Positions 23,850-34,363 of a DNA stretch of 64,000 bases are shown here, piece by piece; positions within the stretch are counted from its first letter, which is position 1, and each line of letters opens with the position of its first letter. The stretch spans positions 320,001 to 384,000 of the forward strand of contig CAWFCQ010000004.1 in assembly GCA_963814375.1 (NCBI GenBank), written 5' to 3'. Source of the stretch: an uncultured Chloroflexia bacterium. GTDB lineage: Bacteria; Chloroflexota; Limnocylindria; QHBO01. The notes under the pieces are model-generated. The model did not search any database, was not told the DNA's origin, and saw only the letters and a list, made by a program, of their open reading frames with translations. Made by a program: the position numbers and the translations under genes.

Positions 23850-24983
23850 GTGTCAACACCCGTCCCGATAGCGTATTCCTTCGAGCCGACCGCCGTCGGC
23901 CGCGCGCGCCTCGGCCGCCTCTCGACGGCGCATGGTGTTGTCGACACGCCCCAGTTCATGCCGGTCGGCACCCAGGCCACCGTGAAGTCGCTGACGCCGG
24001 GCGATCTGCGTGCCGCCGGTGCCCAGATGATCCTCGGAAACACCTACCACCTCAACCTTCGGCCCACCGCCGAGCGGATCGCGCGCCTCGGCGGACTGCA
24101 TCGGTTCATGGCCTGGGACGGACCGATCCTCACCGATTCGGGCGGCTTCCAGGTCTTCAGCCTGGCCGACCTGCGCCGGGTGGACGACGACGGTGTGACG
24201 TTCACATCGCACCTCGACGGCTCGACGCATCGGCTCACCCCGGAGCGCGCCATGGAGATCCAGCATCTGCTCGGCTCGGACGTGGCGATGGCCTTCGACC
24301 AGCTCGTCGACCCCGGCCTGCCTCGCGCTGACGTCGCCGATGCGATGGCGCGCACCCACCGCTGGGCCGAGCGCTCGCTGGCTGCGCGCGAGGGTGCGCA
24401 GGCCGTGTTCGGGATCATCCAGGGCGGCGTCGACCCGGAGCTGCGTCGCGAGTCGGCTGCCGCCATTGCGAGCCTCGCGTTCGATGGGATCGCCATCGGC
24501 GGCCTCTCGGTGGGGGAGTCGAAGGCCGAGATGGCCTCCACGCTCGAGGTCGTGGCGGAGGCCCTGGGCGACGACCCGCGGCCGCGCTACCTGATGGGCG
24601 TGGGGTCGCCCGCCGACTTCTTTGCGGCCGTCGAGCACGGCGTCGATCTCTTCGACTGCGTGCTGCCCACGCGTGTCGCGCGCACGGGCCAGGTCTGGAC
24701 CGATGCGGGCCGGCTCAACCTTCGCAATGCCGCCTTCCTCGACGATCCGGACCCGATCGATGCCGCCTGCGCCTGCGAGGCCTGCCGCAACCATTCGCGC
24801 GCCTACCTCGCCCACCTCTTCCGGGCGCGGGAGCTCCTCGCCTATCGCCTCGCGACCGTCCATAACGTGACCTGGACGCTGGAGCTGATGCGTCGCCTGC
24901 GCGGCTCGTTGGCCGACGGCTCGTTCGAGGCGCTGCGCGGCCGCATCGGCGCGGCCTTCGCACCATCTCGCGCATCACAATGA
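23850..24983 (+). CDS. tgt: tRNA-guanine transglycosylase
   Basis: TPQFMPVGT, TDSGGFQ, GIIQGG, GGLSVGE, DLFDCVLPTR, CxCxxC...H zinc site. Confidence 0.96.
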   Translation: MSTPVPIAYSFEPTAVGRARLGRLSTAHGVVDTPQFMPVGTQATVKSLTPGDLRAAGAQMILGNTYHLNLRPTAERIARLGGLHRFMAWDGPILTDSGGFQVFSLADLRRVDDDGVTFTSHLDGSTHRLTPERAMEIQHLLGSDVAMAFDQLVDPGLPRADVADAMARTHRWAERSLAAREGAQAVFGIIQGGVDPELRRESAAAIASLAFDGIAIGGLSVGESKAEMASTLEVVAEALGDDPRPRYLMGVGSPADFFAAVEHGVDLFDCVLPTRVARTGQVWTDAGRLNLRNAAFLDDPDPIDAACACEACRNHSRAYLAHLFRARELLAYRLATVHNVTWTLELMRRLRGSLADGSFEALRGRIGAAFAPSRASQ

Positions 24984-25531
24984 CCACGCGCGCCGGGGGA
25001 TTGCTCCTTCTCGCCGCGATGTTGGGCGGCTGTGGAGCGGATCCGCGAGAGCAGTGGGCTCTAACTATCCATCGCGATGGATCGAGGCCATTGCACCAGA
25101 CGGCCGATTGAGGAGCGGTTGTCGCGATTTTTCGCGGCCTCGTACGCACGAAGCGCACCTCCAGGTGCTGCTCAGGCGTGTCCAGCCGCGGTAGATCGCG
25201 GGAACACCACCCAGCAGAGACGTTTGGTGAATTCCACGCGATTGATCGCGCCGGCGCTTCCGGTGGATGCTGGAGTGACCGATAGATCGGTCAGGAGTTC
25301 AGACGACCCGCTGATCCCGAGTGAGTCCGACCGATACACGCGTTCAACGAGGAACCGTATGACATCGTATGACGGCGGTGTACAATGGGTTTGCGACGGG
25401 GAAGCTGTCGCGAAGCGAGGCGTAGAATCGACCGATCGGCGCTCCGGTAAGCGTCGAGTAAGCCACGGATAAGGGCCGGGCGCGCACCATCGGCGCACGC
25501 TCGACAGGCTCACACTTCGGAGGTTCGAGCG

Positions 25532-25711
25532 ATGGCAAAAGGGCGGGATCGACCGCGAAAGGAGCCCAAGCGCAAGGCGAAGGAGAAGGCGCCGAAGAGC
25601 CAAAGCCAATCGGTGGCTCCGCCGCCGAGCTATCAGCCTCCCATGCGCCAGGTCGAGGTGATCAAGCCTAAGCGGAAGGAACGCGAGCCCGAGGCCCAGG
25701 ACGAGGAGTGA
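25532..25711 (+). CDS. Small Lys/Arg-rich protein (59 aa)
   Basis: Manual translation [19 protein letters not shown]...[19 protein letters not shown]; GGAGG at 25519-25523; below the track length cutoff. Confidence 0.7.
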   Translation: MAKGRDRPRKEPKRKAKEKAPKSQSQSVAPPPSYQPPMRQVEVIKPKRKEREPEAQDEE

Positions 25712-25772
25712 GCATCAGCCCCGCTCCTCGGCGACCTGGAGGCCCAAGACCAACGAGGAGCGGAACGAGACG

Positions 25773-26840
25773 ATGGAAGCACCGGTGGCAGTGACCCAGA
25801 CCCCGGCGACCAAGAATGGCGACAGCGAGCGTGTCCGCGCCGTCGACGCCGCGATCCTCCAGATCGAGAAGCAGTTCGGCCGCGGGGCGATCATGCGCCT
25901 CGGCGACCGCGAGGCCCAGAACGTGCCGGCCGTCTCGACCGGATCGGTGGCGCTCGATCTCGCGCTGGGTGTGGGCGGCGTCCCGCGCGGCAGGATCACC
26001 GAGATCTTCGGCCCGGAGTCGAGCGGAAAGACCACGCTCTGCTACCACGTCGCTGCCAACGCGCAGCGCAACGGCGGCGTCGTCGCCTTCATCGACGCCG
26101 AGCACGCGCTGGATCCCGGCTACGCCAAGAACGTCGGCGTCAACGTCGACGAGCTCCTGGTCAGCCAGCCGGACACCGGCGAGCAGGCGCTCGAGATCGC
26201 CGAGACCCTGATCCGGTCCGGCGGGGTGGACGTCGTCATCGTGGACTCGGTCGCCGCGCTCGTGCCGCGCGCCGAGATCGAGGGCGACATGGGTGATGCC
26301 TTCGTCGGCCTCCAGGCCCGCCTCATGAGCCAGGCCCTGCGCAAGCTGACCGGCGCGATCAACCGCAGCCAGACCGCGCTCATCTTCACGAACCAGCTGC
26401 GCGAGAAGATCGGCGTCATGTTCGGGAGCCCGGAAACGACTCCGGGCGGCCGCGCGCTGAAGTTCTACGCCAGCGTCCGGATGGACATCCGCCGCATCGA
26501 GACGCTCAAGACCGGGACCGATGCGATCGGCTCGCGCACGCGGGTCAAGGTCGTCAAGAACAAGGTCGCCTCACCCTTCCGGGTCGCCGAGTTCGACATC
26601 ATGTACAACGAGGGCATCAGCGTCGAAGGCGGCCTGCTCGACGTCGGAATCGCGGCCGGGATCCTTTCGAAGACCGGCGCCTGGTTCAACTACGGCGACA
26701 TTCGCCTCGGCCAGGGCCGCGAGAACTCCCGCGACTTCCTCAAGCAGAACCCCGACATCGCCCAGAAGATCGATGGCGAGATTCGCGGCAAGGTCGCGAG
26801 CATCGAGGTCGGCGTCGAGGGCATCAGCGAGGCGGAGTAG
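25773..26840 (+). CDS. recA: Recombinase RecA
   Basis: [37 protein letters not shown]. Confidence 0.99.
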   Translation: MEAPVAVTQTPATKNGDSERVRAVDAAILQIEKQFGRGAIMRLGDREAQNVPAVSTGSVALDLALGVGGVPRGRITEIFGPESSGKTTLCYHVAANAQRNGGVVAFIDAEHALDPGYAKNVGVNVDELLVSQPDTGEQALEIAETLIRSGGVDVVIVDSVAALVPRAEIEGDMGDAFVGLQARLMSQALRKLTGAINRSQTALIFTNQLREKIGVMFGSPETTPGGRALKFYASVRMDIRRIETLKTGTDAIGSRTRVKVVKNKVASPFRVAEFDIMYNEGISVEGGLLDVGIAAGILSKTGAWFNYGDIRLGQGRENSRDFLKQNPDIAQKIDGEIRGKVASIEVGVEGISEAE

Positions 26841-26847
26841 GGGATCG

Positions 26848-27400
26848 ATGGCGCGGCGCGCCACCCGGCGCAAACCGCCCGCTGACCCGGCCGACCCCGC
26901 GGCGGCGATGGAGGTCGCCGCGCGGTTCCTCGCCACGCGCCCACGCAGCCGATGGGAAGTCGAGCGGAGGCTTCGGCGAGCCGAGTTTGGCGAACCGACC
27001 ATCGCGGCCACGCTGAAACGTCTGACCGCCCTCGGCTACGTCGACGACATGGCATTCGCGCGCTGGTGGGCGGAGCAGCGAGACCGGCACGCGCCGCGCG
27101 GTCGACGCATGATCGAGGTTGAGCTGCGGCAGCACGGCGTGCCGCGCGAGGTGATTGAGCCGTTCCGCGACGAGCACGCCCTCCCGGAACGCGCGGCCGA
27201 GGACGCGCACCTGCCGTCAACCGAGGATGATCGGGCCGCGCGAAGCCCTGGCACGTCACCTGCGCGGTCGCCCGATGCCGACCGAGCGCAAGGCGATTCA
27301 GCGCGTCGGGATGTTCCTCGTGCGGCGCGGGTTCGATCCCGACACCGTCAGGTCTGCGCTGCGGTCGGCGAGCAACGAGCCCGAGATCGACGTATCCTGA
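26848..27400 (+). CDS. recX: Regulatory protein RecX (frameshift near 27240)
   Basis: RPRSRWEV, GYVDDMAFA, FLVRRGF; directly after recA. Confidence 0.85.
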
Positions 27401-27438
27401 CCGCAACGAACGCACGCGCACCGCACACGATCCACCTG

Positions 27439-27915
27439 ATGCCTCGAAGCCCTGCCACGACCCCCGATGAATACGTCGCCGCCCTGCCCCCGGACCGCCG
27501 CGAGGCGGTGTCGGAGGTGCGTGACGTCATCAATCGCAACCTGCCCGACGGCTACGTCGAGGGCATGGCCTACGGGATGATCGGGTGGTACGTGCCGCTG
27601 GAGCGATTCCCCGACACCTATAACGGGCAGCCGCTCGGCCTGGTGGGCCTCGCCAGCCAGAAGAACTACATCAGTGTCTACCTCAACAGCGTCTACGGCG
27701 ATCTCGAGACCGAGCGCTGGTTCAAGGACCGATACGCGGCCTCGGGCAAGACCCTGAACATGGGCAAGAGCTGCCTTCGCTTCAGGCACATCGACGATGT
27801 CGCGCTTGACGTCATCGGTGAGACAATTGCCCGCGCCGACGTCGACGCCTTCATCGCCCACCATCAAGAGGCTCGCGGCTCGTCCCGCCAGACCCGATCC
27901 AGGAGCGCGAACTGA
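27439..27915 (+). CDS. DUF1801 domain protein
   Basis: YGMIGWYVP, LASQKNYISVY, MGKSCLRF. Confidence 0.88.
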   Translation: MPRSPATTPDEYVAALPPDRREAVSEVRDVINRNLPDGYVEGMAYGMIGWYVPLERFPDTYNGQPLGLVGLASQKNYISVYLNSVYGDLETERWFKDRYAASGKTLNMGKSCLRFRHIDDVALDVIGETIARADVDAFIAHHQEARGSSRQTRSRSAN

Positions 27916-28175
27916 CTTCCCCGAATCCCACGCTCACCCGTCGCCAAGCGCAGTCGGCCGAGTTGCGGCCCCTCCGCGGCTCCGCCGGCCTCGCGGACTG
28001 GCTCGACGAGTACCGGACCTTTTCACCGACCTCGGTGGTGCGCAAGGTCGCCGTACCGATCGACGACTGGGCCGAGCCCGACCTCTTCCCGCCCGCCGAT
28101 CGGCTGCACGACACGAACCCACGCTGGCGCGAACGCGCTCGGCGCGAGGGCTACGGGCGCCCGAAGACGCTCTGA
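27912..28175 (+). CDS. Hypothetical small protein (possible CTG start)
   Basis: Open frame from a CTG overlapping the upstream stop; AGGAG 6 nt before it. Confidence 0.45.
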   Translation: MTSPNPTLTRRQAQSAELRPLRGSAGLADWLDEYRTFSPTSVVRKVAVPIDDWAEPDLFPPADRLHDTNPRWRERARREGYGRPKTL

Positions 28176-28212
28176 GGTCGCCGGGCGCCGCATCGGCGAC
28201 TAGGCTGTGCCG

Positions 28213-29166
28213 ATGCGATACGCGCTCATGACCGAGCCCCAGCAGGGGCTCTCCTACGACGACATCGTGGCCGTCGCCCGCACCGCGGAGGAGTCCGGGC
28301 TCGAGGCCTTCTTCCGATCAGACCATTACGCGAGCTTCCCCGGTGGCGCCGGCAAGCCCACGACCGATGCCTGGGCGACGCTGGCCGGCCTCGCGCGTGA
28401 GACGAGCACCATCCGCCTCGGCGTGCTGGTCTCGCCGGTCACGTTCCGGGTGCCCGGCAACCTCGCCAAGGTGATCCAGACCGTGGACGAGATGAGCGGC
28501 GGTCGCGTCGAGGCGGGGTTCGGCGCCGGCTGGAACCAGGACGAGCACGAGCAGCTCGGCATCGACTTCCCTCCGCTCGGCGAGCGCTATGCGATGCTCG
28601 AGGAGCAGATGGCCGTCATCCACGGCCTGTGGACAGAGCCCGACGGATGGAGCTTCGACGGTGAGCGCTGGCAGGTGAAGGGGTCGAAGCGCCACGGCGA
28701 GATCGCCCGAGGTGGCCGCCGTCACCCGCACATCCTGTTCGGCGGCAAGGGCGGCCCCAAGCTCGCGGCCCTCGTTGCCCGCTATGGCGACGAGTTCAAT
28801 CTCAACTCGGCATCACCCGACGACGCCGGCCCGGCGTATGCCCGGGTTCGGGACGCATGCCAAGAGGTGGGCCGGGACCCCGACGAGGTCGTCTACTCGG
28901 CGATGACGGGCGTGTTGGTGGCCGAGACCGAAGACGACCTGCGCGCGCGGGTCGCCGACCTGCTCGGGGCGCTCGGCCAGAGCGGCGAGGAGGCGGACGC
29001 GTGGCTCGCCGAGCGCCGGCGGCGCTGGATCATGGGCACGCCGGACGAGGCGCACGAACGGATCCGCGCGCTCGAGAAGAACGGCACGCAGCGGGTCATG
29101 CTCCAGGACTTCCTGCCGCGCGACCTGGAGCACGTGAGGCTCATCGGCCGCATCTTCGCCACCTGA
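28213..29166 (+). CDS. LLM-class (probably F420-dependent) oxidoreductase
   Basis: EPQQG, FFRSDHY, TDAWATLAGLARET, GRVEAGFGAGW. Confidence 0.9.
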   Translation: MRYALMTEPQQGLSYDDIVAVARTAEESGLEAFFRSDHYASFPGGAGKPTTDAWATLAGLARETSTIRLGVLVSPVTFRVPGNLAKVIQTVDEMSGGRVEAGFGAGWNQDEHEQLGIDFPPLGERYAMLEEQMAVIHGLWTEPDGWSFDGERWQVKGSKRHGEIARGGRRHPHILFGGKGGPKLAALVARYGDEFNLNSASPDDAGPAYARVRDACQEVGRDPDEVVYSAMTGVLVAETEDDLRARVADLLGALGQSGEEADAWLAERRRRWIMGTPDEAHERIRALEKNGTQRVMLQDFLPRDLEHVRLIGRIFAT

Positions 29167-29325
29167 CCGCGCACCGGCCCACGGCCGGCCGTGGGACGGC
29201 TCCAGCGCAGCGCGCTACACTCGCGTCTTCCCGGCCGATGTGGCCTCGAACGTGTTCACCGACGCGCTCGCTCCGGCGGGCGCCACATCGCCCAATACGG
29301 GCTCCAACGTTTCGGGGGAGCCGAT

Positions 29326-30855
29326 ATGCCTGAATTCGTCGTCGTCATCGTGGCGGCGGTCGCCGCCGTCATCGGCGTGATCATCGGCTTCGTGGCGCGC
29401 CGGCTCGTGGCCGCCAACGCGGTCAAGAACGCCGAGCAGTACACGCAGCGACTCGTCGCCGAAGCACGCGCCAAGCAGAAGGAGATCGTCCTCGAGGGGA
29501 AGGACGAGGCCCTCCACGTGCGTCGTGCCGCCGAGGAGGAGGCGCGCGAGCAGCGCGCCAACGTCCAGCGTTCCGAGCGCCGACTCCTGGACCGGGAGGA
29601 GGCGCTCGATCGCAAGGTAGCCGCTCAGGACGAACGCGAGCAGGGCTTCGCGGATCGCCTCGCCGAGCTCGAGGCCGAGCGGGCGCGCGTGGCCGAGCTC
29701 CATCAACGCCAGCTCGTGGCACTCGAGCAGGTCTCGGGCCTGACCGCGGCCGAGGCACGCCAGAGCCTGATCAGCCAGAGCGTGGATGAGGCACAGGCGG
29801 AGGCGCAGCACCGGGTGCGGGAGATCGAGCGCCACGCCACCGAAGAGGGCGACGAGCGCGCACGGCGCATCCTGACGACCGTCATGCAGCGCATCGCGGC
29901 CGATCACACCTCCGAGGCCACGATCACCGTCGTCGCCCTGCCGAACGAGGAGATGAAGGGCCGCATCATCGGTCGCGAGGGTCGCAATATCCGGGCGCTG
30001 GAGCAGGCGACCGGGGTCGATCTGATCATCGATGACACTCCAGAGGCGGTCGTGCTGTCCGGCTTCGACCCGGTGCGGCGCGAGGTGGCGCGGATGGCGC
30101 TCAACAAGCTCATCGGGGATGGCCGGATTCACCCCGGTCGGATCGAGGAAACGGTCGCCAAGTGCCGCTCCGAGATCGAGGTCGTCATGCGCCAGGCTGG
30201 TGAGCAGGCGGCCTACGACGCCGGCGTGCCGGGGCTGCATCCGGAGCTCATCAAGCTGATCGGCCGCCTCAAGTACCGCACCAGCTACGGCCAGAACGTG
30301 CTCAACCACTGTATCGAGACGGCGCGGCTGTCAGGCCTGCTGGCGGCCGAGATCGGCGCCAACGTGGGCGAGTCGAAGAAGGGCGGGCTGCTCCACGACA
30401 TCGGCAAGGCGGTCGACCACGAGGTCGAGGGACCGCATGCGGCGATCGGCGGCGAGATCGCGGCCCGCTACGGCGTGAACCCGACGGTATGCAACGCGAT
30501 CGCGGCGCACCACCAGGAGGTCGATCAGGAGTCGATCGAGGCCACCGTGGTCCAGATTGCCGATGCGATCAGCGCATCCCGACCCGGGGCGCGCGGCGAG
30601 AACCTCGACAACTACGTCAAGCGGCTCGACGACCTCCAGCAGATCGCGCTCAGCTTCCCCGGCGTCGAGCGCTGCTTCGCGATCCAGGCAGGCCGCGAGA
30701 TCCGGATCCTGGTCCGGCCGGAGGACATCGACGACCTCGCCTCCAGCCGGCTGGCGCGTGACGTGGTCAAGAAGATCGAGGAGCAGCTCCAGTACCCCGG
30801 CCAGATCAAGGTCACCGTCATTCGCGAGACGCGGGCGGTCGACTACGCGCGGTGA
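29326..30855 (+). CDS. rny: Ribonuclease Y
   Basis: N-terminal TM and coiled coil; KH motif [13 protein letters not shown]; HD motif LLHDIGK; [12 protein letters not shown]. Confidence 0.97.
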   Translation: MPEFVVVIVAAVAAVIGVIIGFVARRLVAANAVKNAEQYTQRLVAEARAKQKEIVLEGKDEALHVRRAAEEEAREQRANVQRSERRLLDREEALDRKVAAQDEREQGFADRLAELEAERARVAELHQRQLVALEQVSGLTAAEARQSLISQSVDEAQAEAQHRVREIERHATEEGDERARRILTTVMQRIAADHTSEATITVVALPNEEMKGRIIGREGRNIRALEQATGVDLIIDDTPEAVVLSGFDPVRREVARMALNKLIGDGRIHPGRIEETVAKCRSEIEVVMRQAGEQAAYDAGVPGLHPELIKLIGRLKYRTSYGQNVLNHCIETARLSGLLAAEIGANVGESKKGGLLHDIGKAVDHEVEGPHAAIGGEIAARYGVNPTVCNAIAAHHQEVDQESIEATVVQIADAISASRPGARGENLDNYVKRLDDLQQIALSFPGVERCFAIQAGREIRILVRPEDIDDLASSRLARDVVKKIEEQLQYPGQIKVTVIRETRAVDYAR

Positions 30856-31661
30856 CCGCGTCAGACGGCAGCATCCGCATCGGCGTCATCGGGGACATCA
30901 TCGGCAAGCCCGGCCGGCTGGCGGTCATGCACGCGCTGCCCGACCTGCGCCGCGAGCTGGCGCTCGACATGGTCATCGCCAACGGTGAGAACACCGCCGC
31001 AGGAGCGGGGTTGACGCCCTCCCTGGCCGAGGAGCTCCTCGGTGGCGGCATCGACGTCATCACCAGCGGCAACCACATCTGGGACAAGCGCGAGATCTAC
31101 GACTATCTCGACACCGATCGGCCCGTGCTGCGGCCGATCAACTACCCAGACGAGGCCCCCGGACGCGGCTGGCTGGTGCACCACACCGATGCCGGCGAAG
31201 AGGTCGCCGTGGTCAACGCCATGGGGCGGGTCTTCATGAACCAGCTCGACTCGCCGTTCACGAAGCTCGACGAGCTGCTCGACGGCGCGGCCGACCCGCT
31301 GCCCCCGCTTCGCATCCTCGACTTCCACTGCGAGATCACCTCGGAGAAAAACGCGATGGGCTGGTACCTCGACGGCAGGGTCAGCGCGGTGGTTGGGACG
31401 CACACCCACGTGCCGACCGCCGACGCGCGCGTGCTGCCGGGTGGAACGGCGTACATCAGCGACATCGGCATGACCGGCCCGCGCGACTCGATCATCGGGT
31501 TCAGCCTGGAAACGGTGCTGCCGCGCTTCACGCGCCACCTGCCCACGCGCTTCAACGTGGCGGACGGGCCGGTCTCGTTCAACGCCGTCGTCATCACCGC
31601 ATCGCCGGCAACCGGGCGCGCCAGCGCGATCGAGCAGGTGCAGCGCCTGATCGAGGTCTAG
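30852..31661 (+). CDS. ymdB: YmdB-family metallophosphoesterase
   Basis: [31 protein letters not shown]; follows rny. Confidence 0.93.
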   Translation: MTASDGSIRIGVIGDIIGKPGRLAVMHALPDLRRELALDMVIANGENTAAGAGLTPSLAEELLGGGIDVITSGNHIWDKREIYDYLDTDRPVLRPINYPDEAPGRGWLVHHTDAGEEVAVVNAMGRVFMNQLDSPFTKLDELLDGAADPLPPLRILDFHCEITSEKNAMGWYLDGRVSAVVGTHTHVPTADARVLPGGTAYISDIGMTGPRDSIIGFSLETVLPRFTRHLPTRFNVADGPVSFNAVVITASPATGRASAIEQVQRLIEV

Positions 31662-31675
31662 GTGGGGCAGCGCGA

Positions 31676-31693
31676 AGTATATACGTATATACT
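31676..31693. promoter_or_regulatory. AT-rich 18-bp perfect palindrome upstream of miaA, containing TATACT
   Basis: AGTATATACGTATATACT. Confidence 0.55.
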
Positions 31694-31696
31694 CGC

Positions 31697-32641
31697 GTGC
31701 CGGTGACCAGCCCGCCGCTCTTCGGCGTCGTCGGGCCGACAGCATCGGGCAAGACCGATCTTGCCCTCGCCCTCGCGCGGCAGTTCTCGGTCGAGGTGCT
31801 GGTTGCGGACTCGCGCCAGGTGTACCGCGGCATGGACGTGGGCACCGCCAAGCCCAACGCCGAGGCGCGCGCCACGGTCCGGCATCACCTGGTCGACCTC
31901 GTGGATCCCGACGAGGCGTTCACCGTGGCGCAGTGGGTCGAGCTCGCCCGTGGCCTGATCCCGGAGGTTGCCGCACGTGAGCGGGTGCCGATGCTCGTCG
32001 GCGGCACCGGCCTGTACGTCGCGGCGCTCGTCGACGGTCACGACTACGCCAGCCAGCCATGGTCGCCGGACGTCCGCCAGCGGCTGGCCGACGAGCTCGA
32101 GGCCGATGGGCTGGAGCCACTGGTCGTGCGGCTCCGAGCCGCCGACCCGGCGCTCGCCCTCCGGCTCGACCTTCGCAATCCGCGACGAGTGATTCGGGCG
32201 CTGGAGCGCATCGAGGCGGGCGGTGGCGCGGAAGCGTCGGCGGTTCGCAGCGCACCGTACGCCGGCCGCATCGGCTTCGTCGCGCTGAGCCGGCCGCGCG
32301 ATGTGCTCTATCGGCGGATCGACGCGCGCGCGCGTTGGCTTTTCGCCGATGGGGGCCTGCTCGATGAGGTGCGCGGGCTGCTCGAGGCCGGCTTCGGTCC
32401 GCACCTGCGGCCGATGACCGGTCACGGCTACCGCGAGGCCGCCGCGCACCTGGCGGGGGAGTGGAGCCTGGATGAGGCCATCGAGGTGACCGCGCGGCGA
32501 ACGCGCCAGTACGCCAAGCGCCAGCTGAGCTGGTTCGGTCGCGAGCCGCGCATCGCCTGGATTCCGGCGGGTGACGACGACGCGGACACCGACGAGGTGG
32601 TCGGAGCCGCCGCGAATGCGCTGCGCGCGGCGGTCAGCTGA
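31697..32641 (+). CDS. miaA: tRNA dimethylallyltransferase
   Basis: GPTASGKT, DSRQVYRGMDVGTAKP, VGGTGLY, TRQYAKRQ. Confidence 0.96.
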   Translation: MPVTSPPLFGVVGPTASGKTDLALALARQFSVEVLVADSRQVYRGMDVGTAKPNAEARATVRHHLVDLVDPDEAFTVAQWVELARGLIPEVAARERVPMLVGGTGLYVAALVDGHDYASQPWSPDVRQRLADELEADGLEPLVVRLRAADPALALRLDLRNPRRVIRALERIEAGGGAEASAVRSAPYAGRIGFVALSRPRDVLYRRIDARARWLFADGGLLDEVRGLLEAGFGPHLRPMTGHGYREAAAHLAGEWSLDEAIEVTARRTRQYAKRQLSWFGREPRIAWIPAGDDDADTDEVVGAAANALRAAVS

Positions 32642-34229
32642 CGGACTGGAGGCCGATCGACTGGCGCCACGCCGCGACGCCGACGGCGGGCAGATCGGCC
32701 GGCATCGGCACCGATGCGAGCGAGACCAGCGTCTCCGGACGCCCGAGGTAGTAACCCTGCCCGGCGGTGATGCCGAGGTCCATCAGCGGCTCCAGCTGCG
32801 ACCCGTGCTCGATGCCCTCGGCGACGACGAGCGCACCGGTTCGCACCGCCAGCTCGACGACCGACCCGAGTACCGCGCCTGACTGCATGTCTGAGACGCT
32901 TCGCTGCACGAGCGAGAGATCGATCTTGACGATGTCGAAGCGAATCTCGGACAGCAGACGCAGGCCGGCGTTGCCGGCACCAACGTCGTCGACGGCGAAG
33001 CGGATGCCGGCTCGACGACAGGCCTCGATACGGCCGCGCACGCGGGCGATGTCGTACATCTCCTGGCGCTCGGTGAGCTCGATCACGAGGCGCTCCGGCG
33101 CGAAGTCGTAGCGCTGGAGGATGGCGACGATCGCGCCGCTGCTGAACTCCGCCGCCTCGGCGGTGGCGGGCGAAAGGTTGATGCTGAGGAACTGCTCCTC
33201 GGGCAGGTCGGCGGCGCCCGCGACGATCGTCTCGATGCACGCCAGGTCGAGCGACATGAGCCTGCCGCTGGCCTCGGCCGCCGCAAACAGCGACGCCGGA
33301 TCGGCGAACGGGGCCGGCGGGACAGGGCGGATGAGACCCTCGACGCCCATGACCTCCCGGGTCGCCAGCGACACGATGGGCTGGTAGGCGGGCCGCAGGT
33401 GGCCGCGGGCGATCACATCGGCAACAGCTGACGACGAGGCGCCCATGTCCTCCGGAGCCAGCGGCATGCCGGCGTCGAAGACCACGACCTCGGTTCGGCC
33501 TCCGCGCTTGGCGGCGTAGAGTGCGGCATCGGCCTGGGAGTAGAGCTGCGTCATGCTGACCGCCAGCTCCGGCAGCGCCGAGACGCCGCCCGAGAACGAG
33601 GCCGGCGCCATGTCGCCGGGCTTGAGGCTCGGCTGGAGGGCCTGGGCCAGGAGCCGGCGCGCCACGATGCGCGAGCCCTCGAGGTCGGTGTGCGGCAGGA
33701 TCACGGCGAACTCGTCGCCGCCGATGCGATAGGCGCGATCGGCCCGGCGCAGCGCCCCGCCGAGCAGCTCGCCGAAGTCGCGCAGTACGCGGTCGCCGCC
33801 GGCATGGCCGCGCCCGTCGTTGACCGCCTTGAACTCGTCGAGGTCGATGAGGAGCAGGCCCAGCGGGACCTCGTAGCGCAGCGCGCCGGCAACCTGACGG
33901 TCGAGCTCCTCGTGGAAGGAGCGATGGTTGCCGAGCCCGGTGAGGGGGTCGGCCAGCGCGTCGGCCAGGGCAGCCTCGTAGCGGACCTGGAGGTCGGCCT
34001 GGGTGGCGACGATCGGGGCGACGGCTCGTCGCAGGGTGAGGGCCGCCAGCGCGATGGCCGCGCCGCTCGCGACCACGACCGCGACGAAGGGATCGTCGGC
34101 GAGGATCAGAACCGCCCGATGGACGACGGCGAACGCGACGACCGCTGCCACCACGCTGGTGAGCATGCGCCGCGTCAGGCCCCCCGTCGTGACCGCCATG
34201 GCCGTTCGGCCCGGCTGGCTGGCCTCCAC
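32634..34229 (-). CDS. Membrane-anchored diguanylate cyclase/phosphodiesterase (GGDEF-EAL)
   Basis: Two TM segments, DPLTGLGN, RxxD I-site plus GGDEF; EGL, IELTE, DDVGAG, AEGIE, QGYY. Confidence 0.93.
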   Translation of the reverse strand: MEASQPGRTAMAVTTGGLTRRMLTSVVAAVVAFAVVHRAVLILADDPFVAVVVASGAAIALAALTLRRAVAPIVATQADLQVRYEAALADALADPLTGLGNHRSFHEELDRQVAGALRYEVPLGLLLIDLDEFKAVNDGRGHAGGDRVLRDFGELLGGALRRADRAYRIGGDEFAVILPHTDLEGSRIVARRLLAQALQPSLKPGDMAPASFSGGVSALPELAVSMTQLYSQADAALYAAKRGGRTEVVVFDAGMPLAPEDMGASSSAVADVIARGHLRPAYQPIVSLATREVMGVEGLIRPVPPAPFADPASLFAAAEASGRLMSLDLACIETIVAGAADLPEEQFLSINLSPATAEAAEFSSGAIVAILQRYDFAPERLVIELTERQEMYDIARVRGRIEACRRAGIRFAVDDVGAGNAGLRLLSEIRFDIVKIDLSLVQRSVSDMQSGAVLGSVVELAVRTGALVVAEGIEHGSQLEPLMDLGITAGQGYYLGRPETLVSLASVPMPADLPAVGVAAWRQSIGLQSVS

Positions 34230-34363
34230 ACGCCCTCCAATTGCTGCGTCCCCGGTCTGGTGCAGTGTGGTATCGCAGACCCGGTGCCGGTCTGCAGTAG
34301 GACGTTGGTACCGAGTCCGCACCGCACCACGACGGACCGCACCGGGTACGATGGATCGAACAG

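Noticed and set aside
26521-27915. 464-aa ORF suggesting a RecX-DUF1801 fusion
   Set aside because: Artefact of the recX frameshift; the true RecX C-terminus ends at 27400 in another frame.
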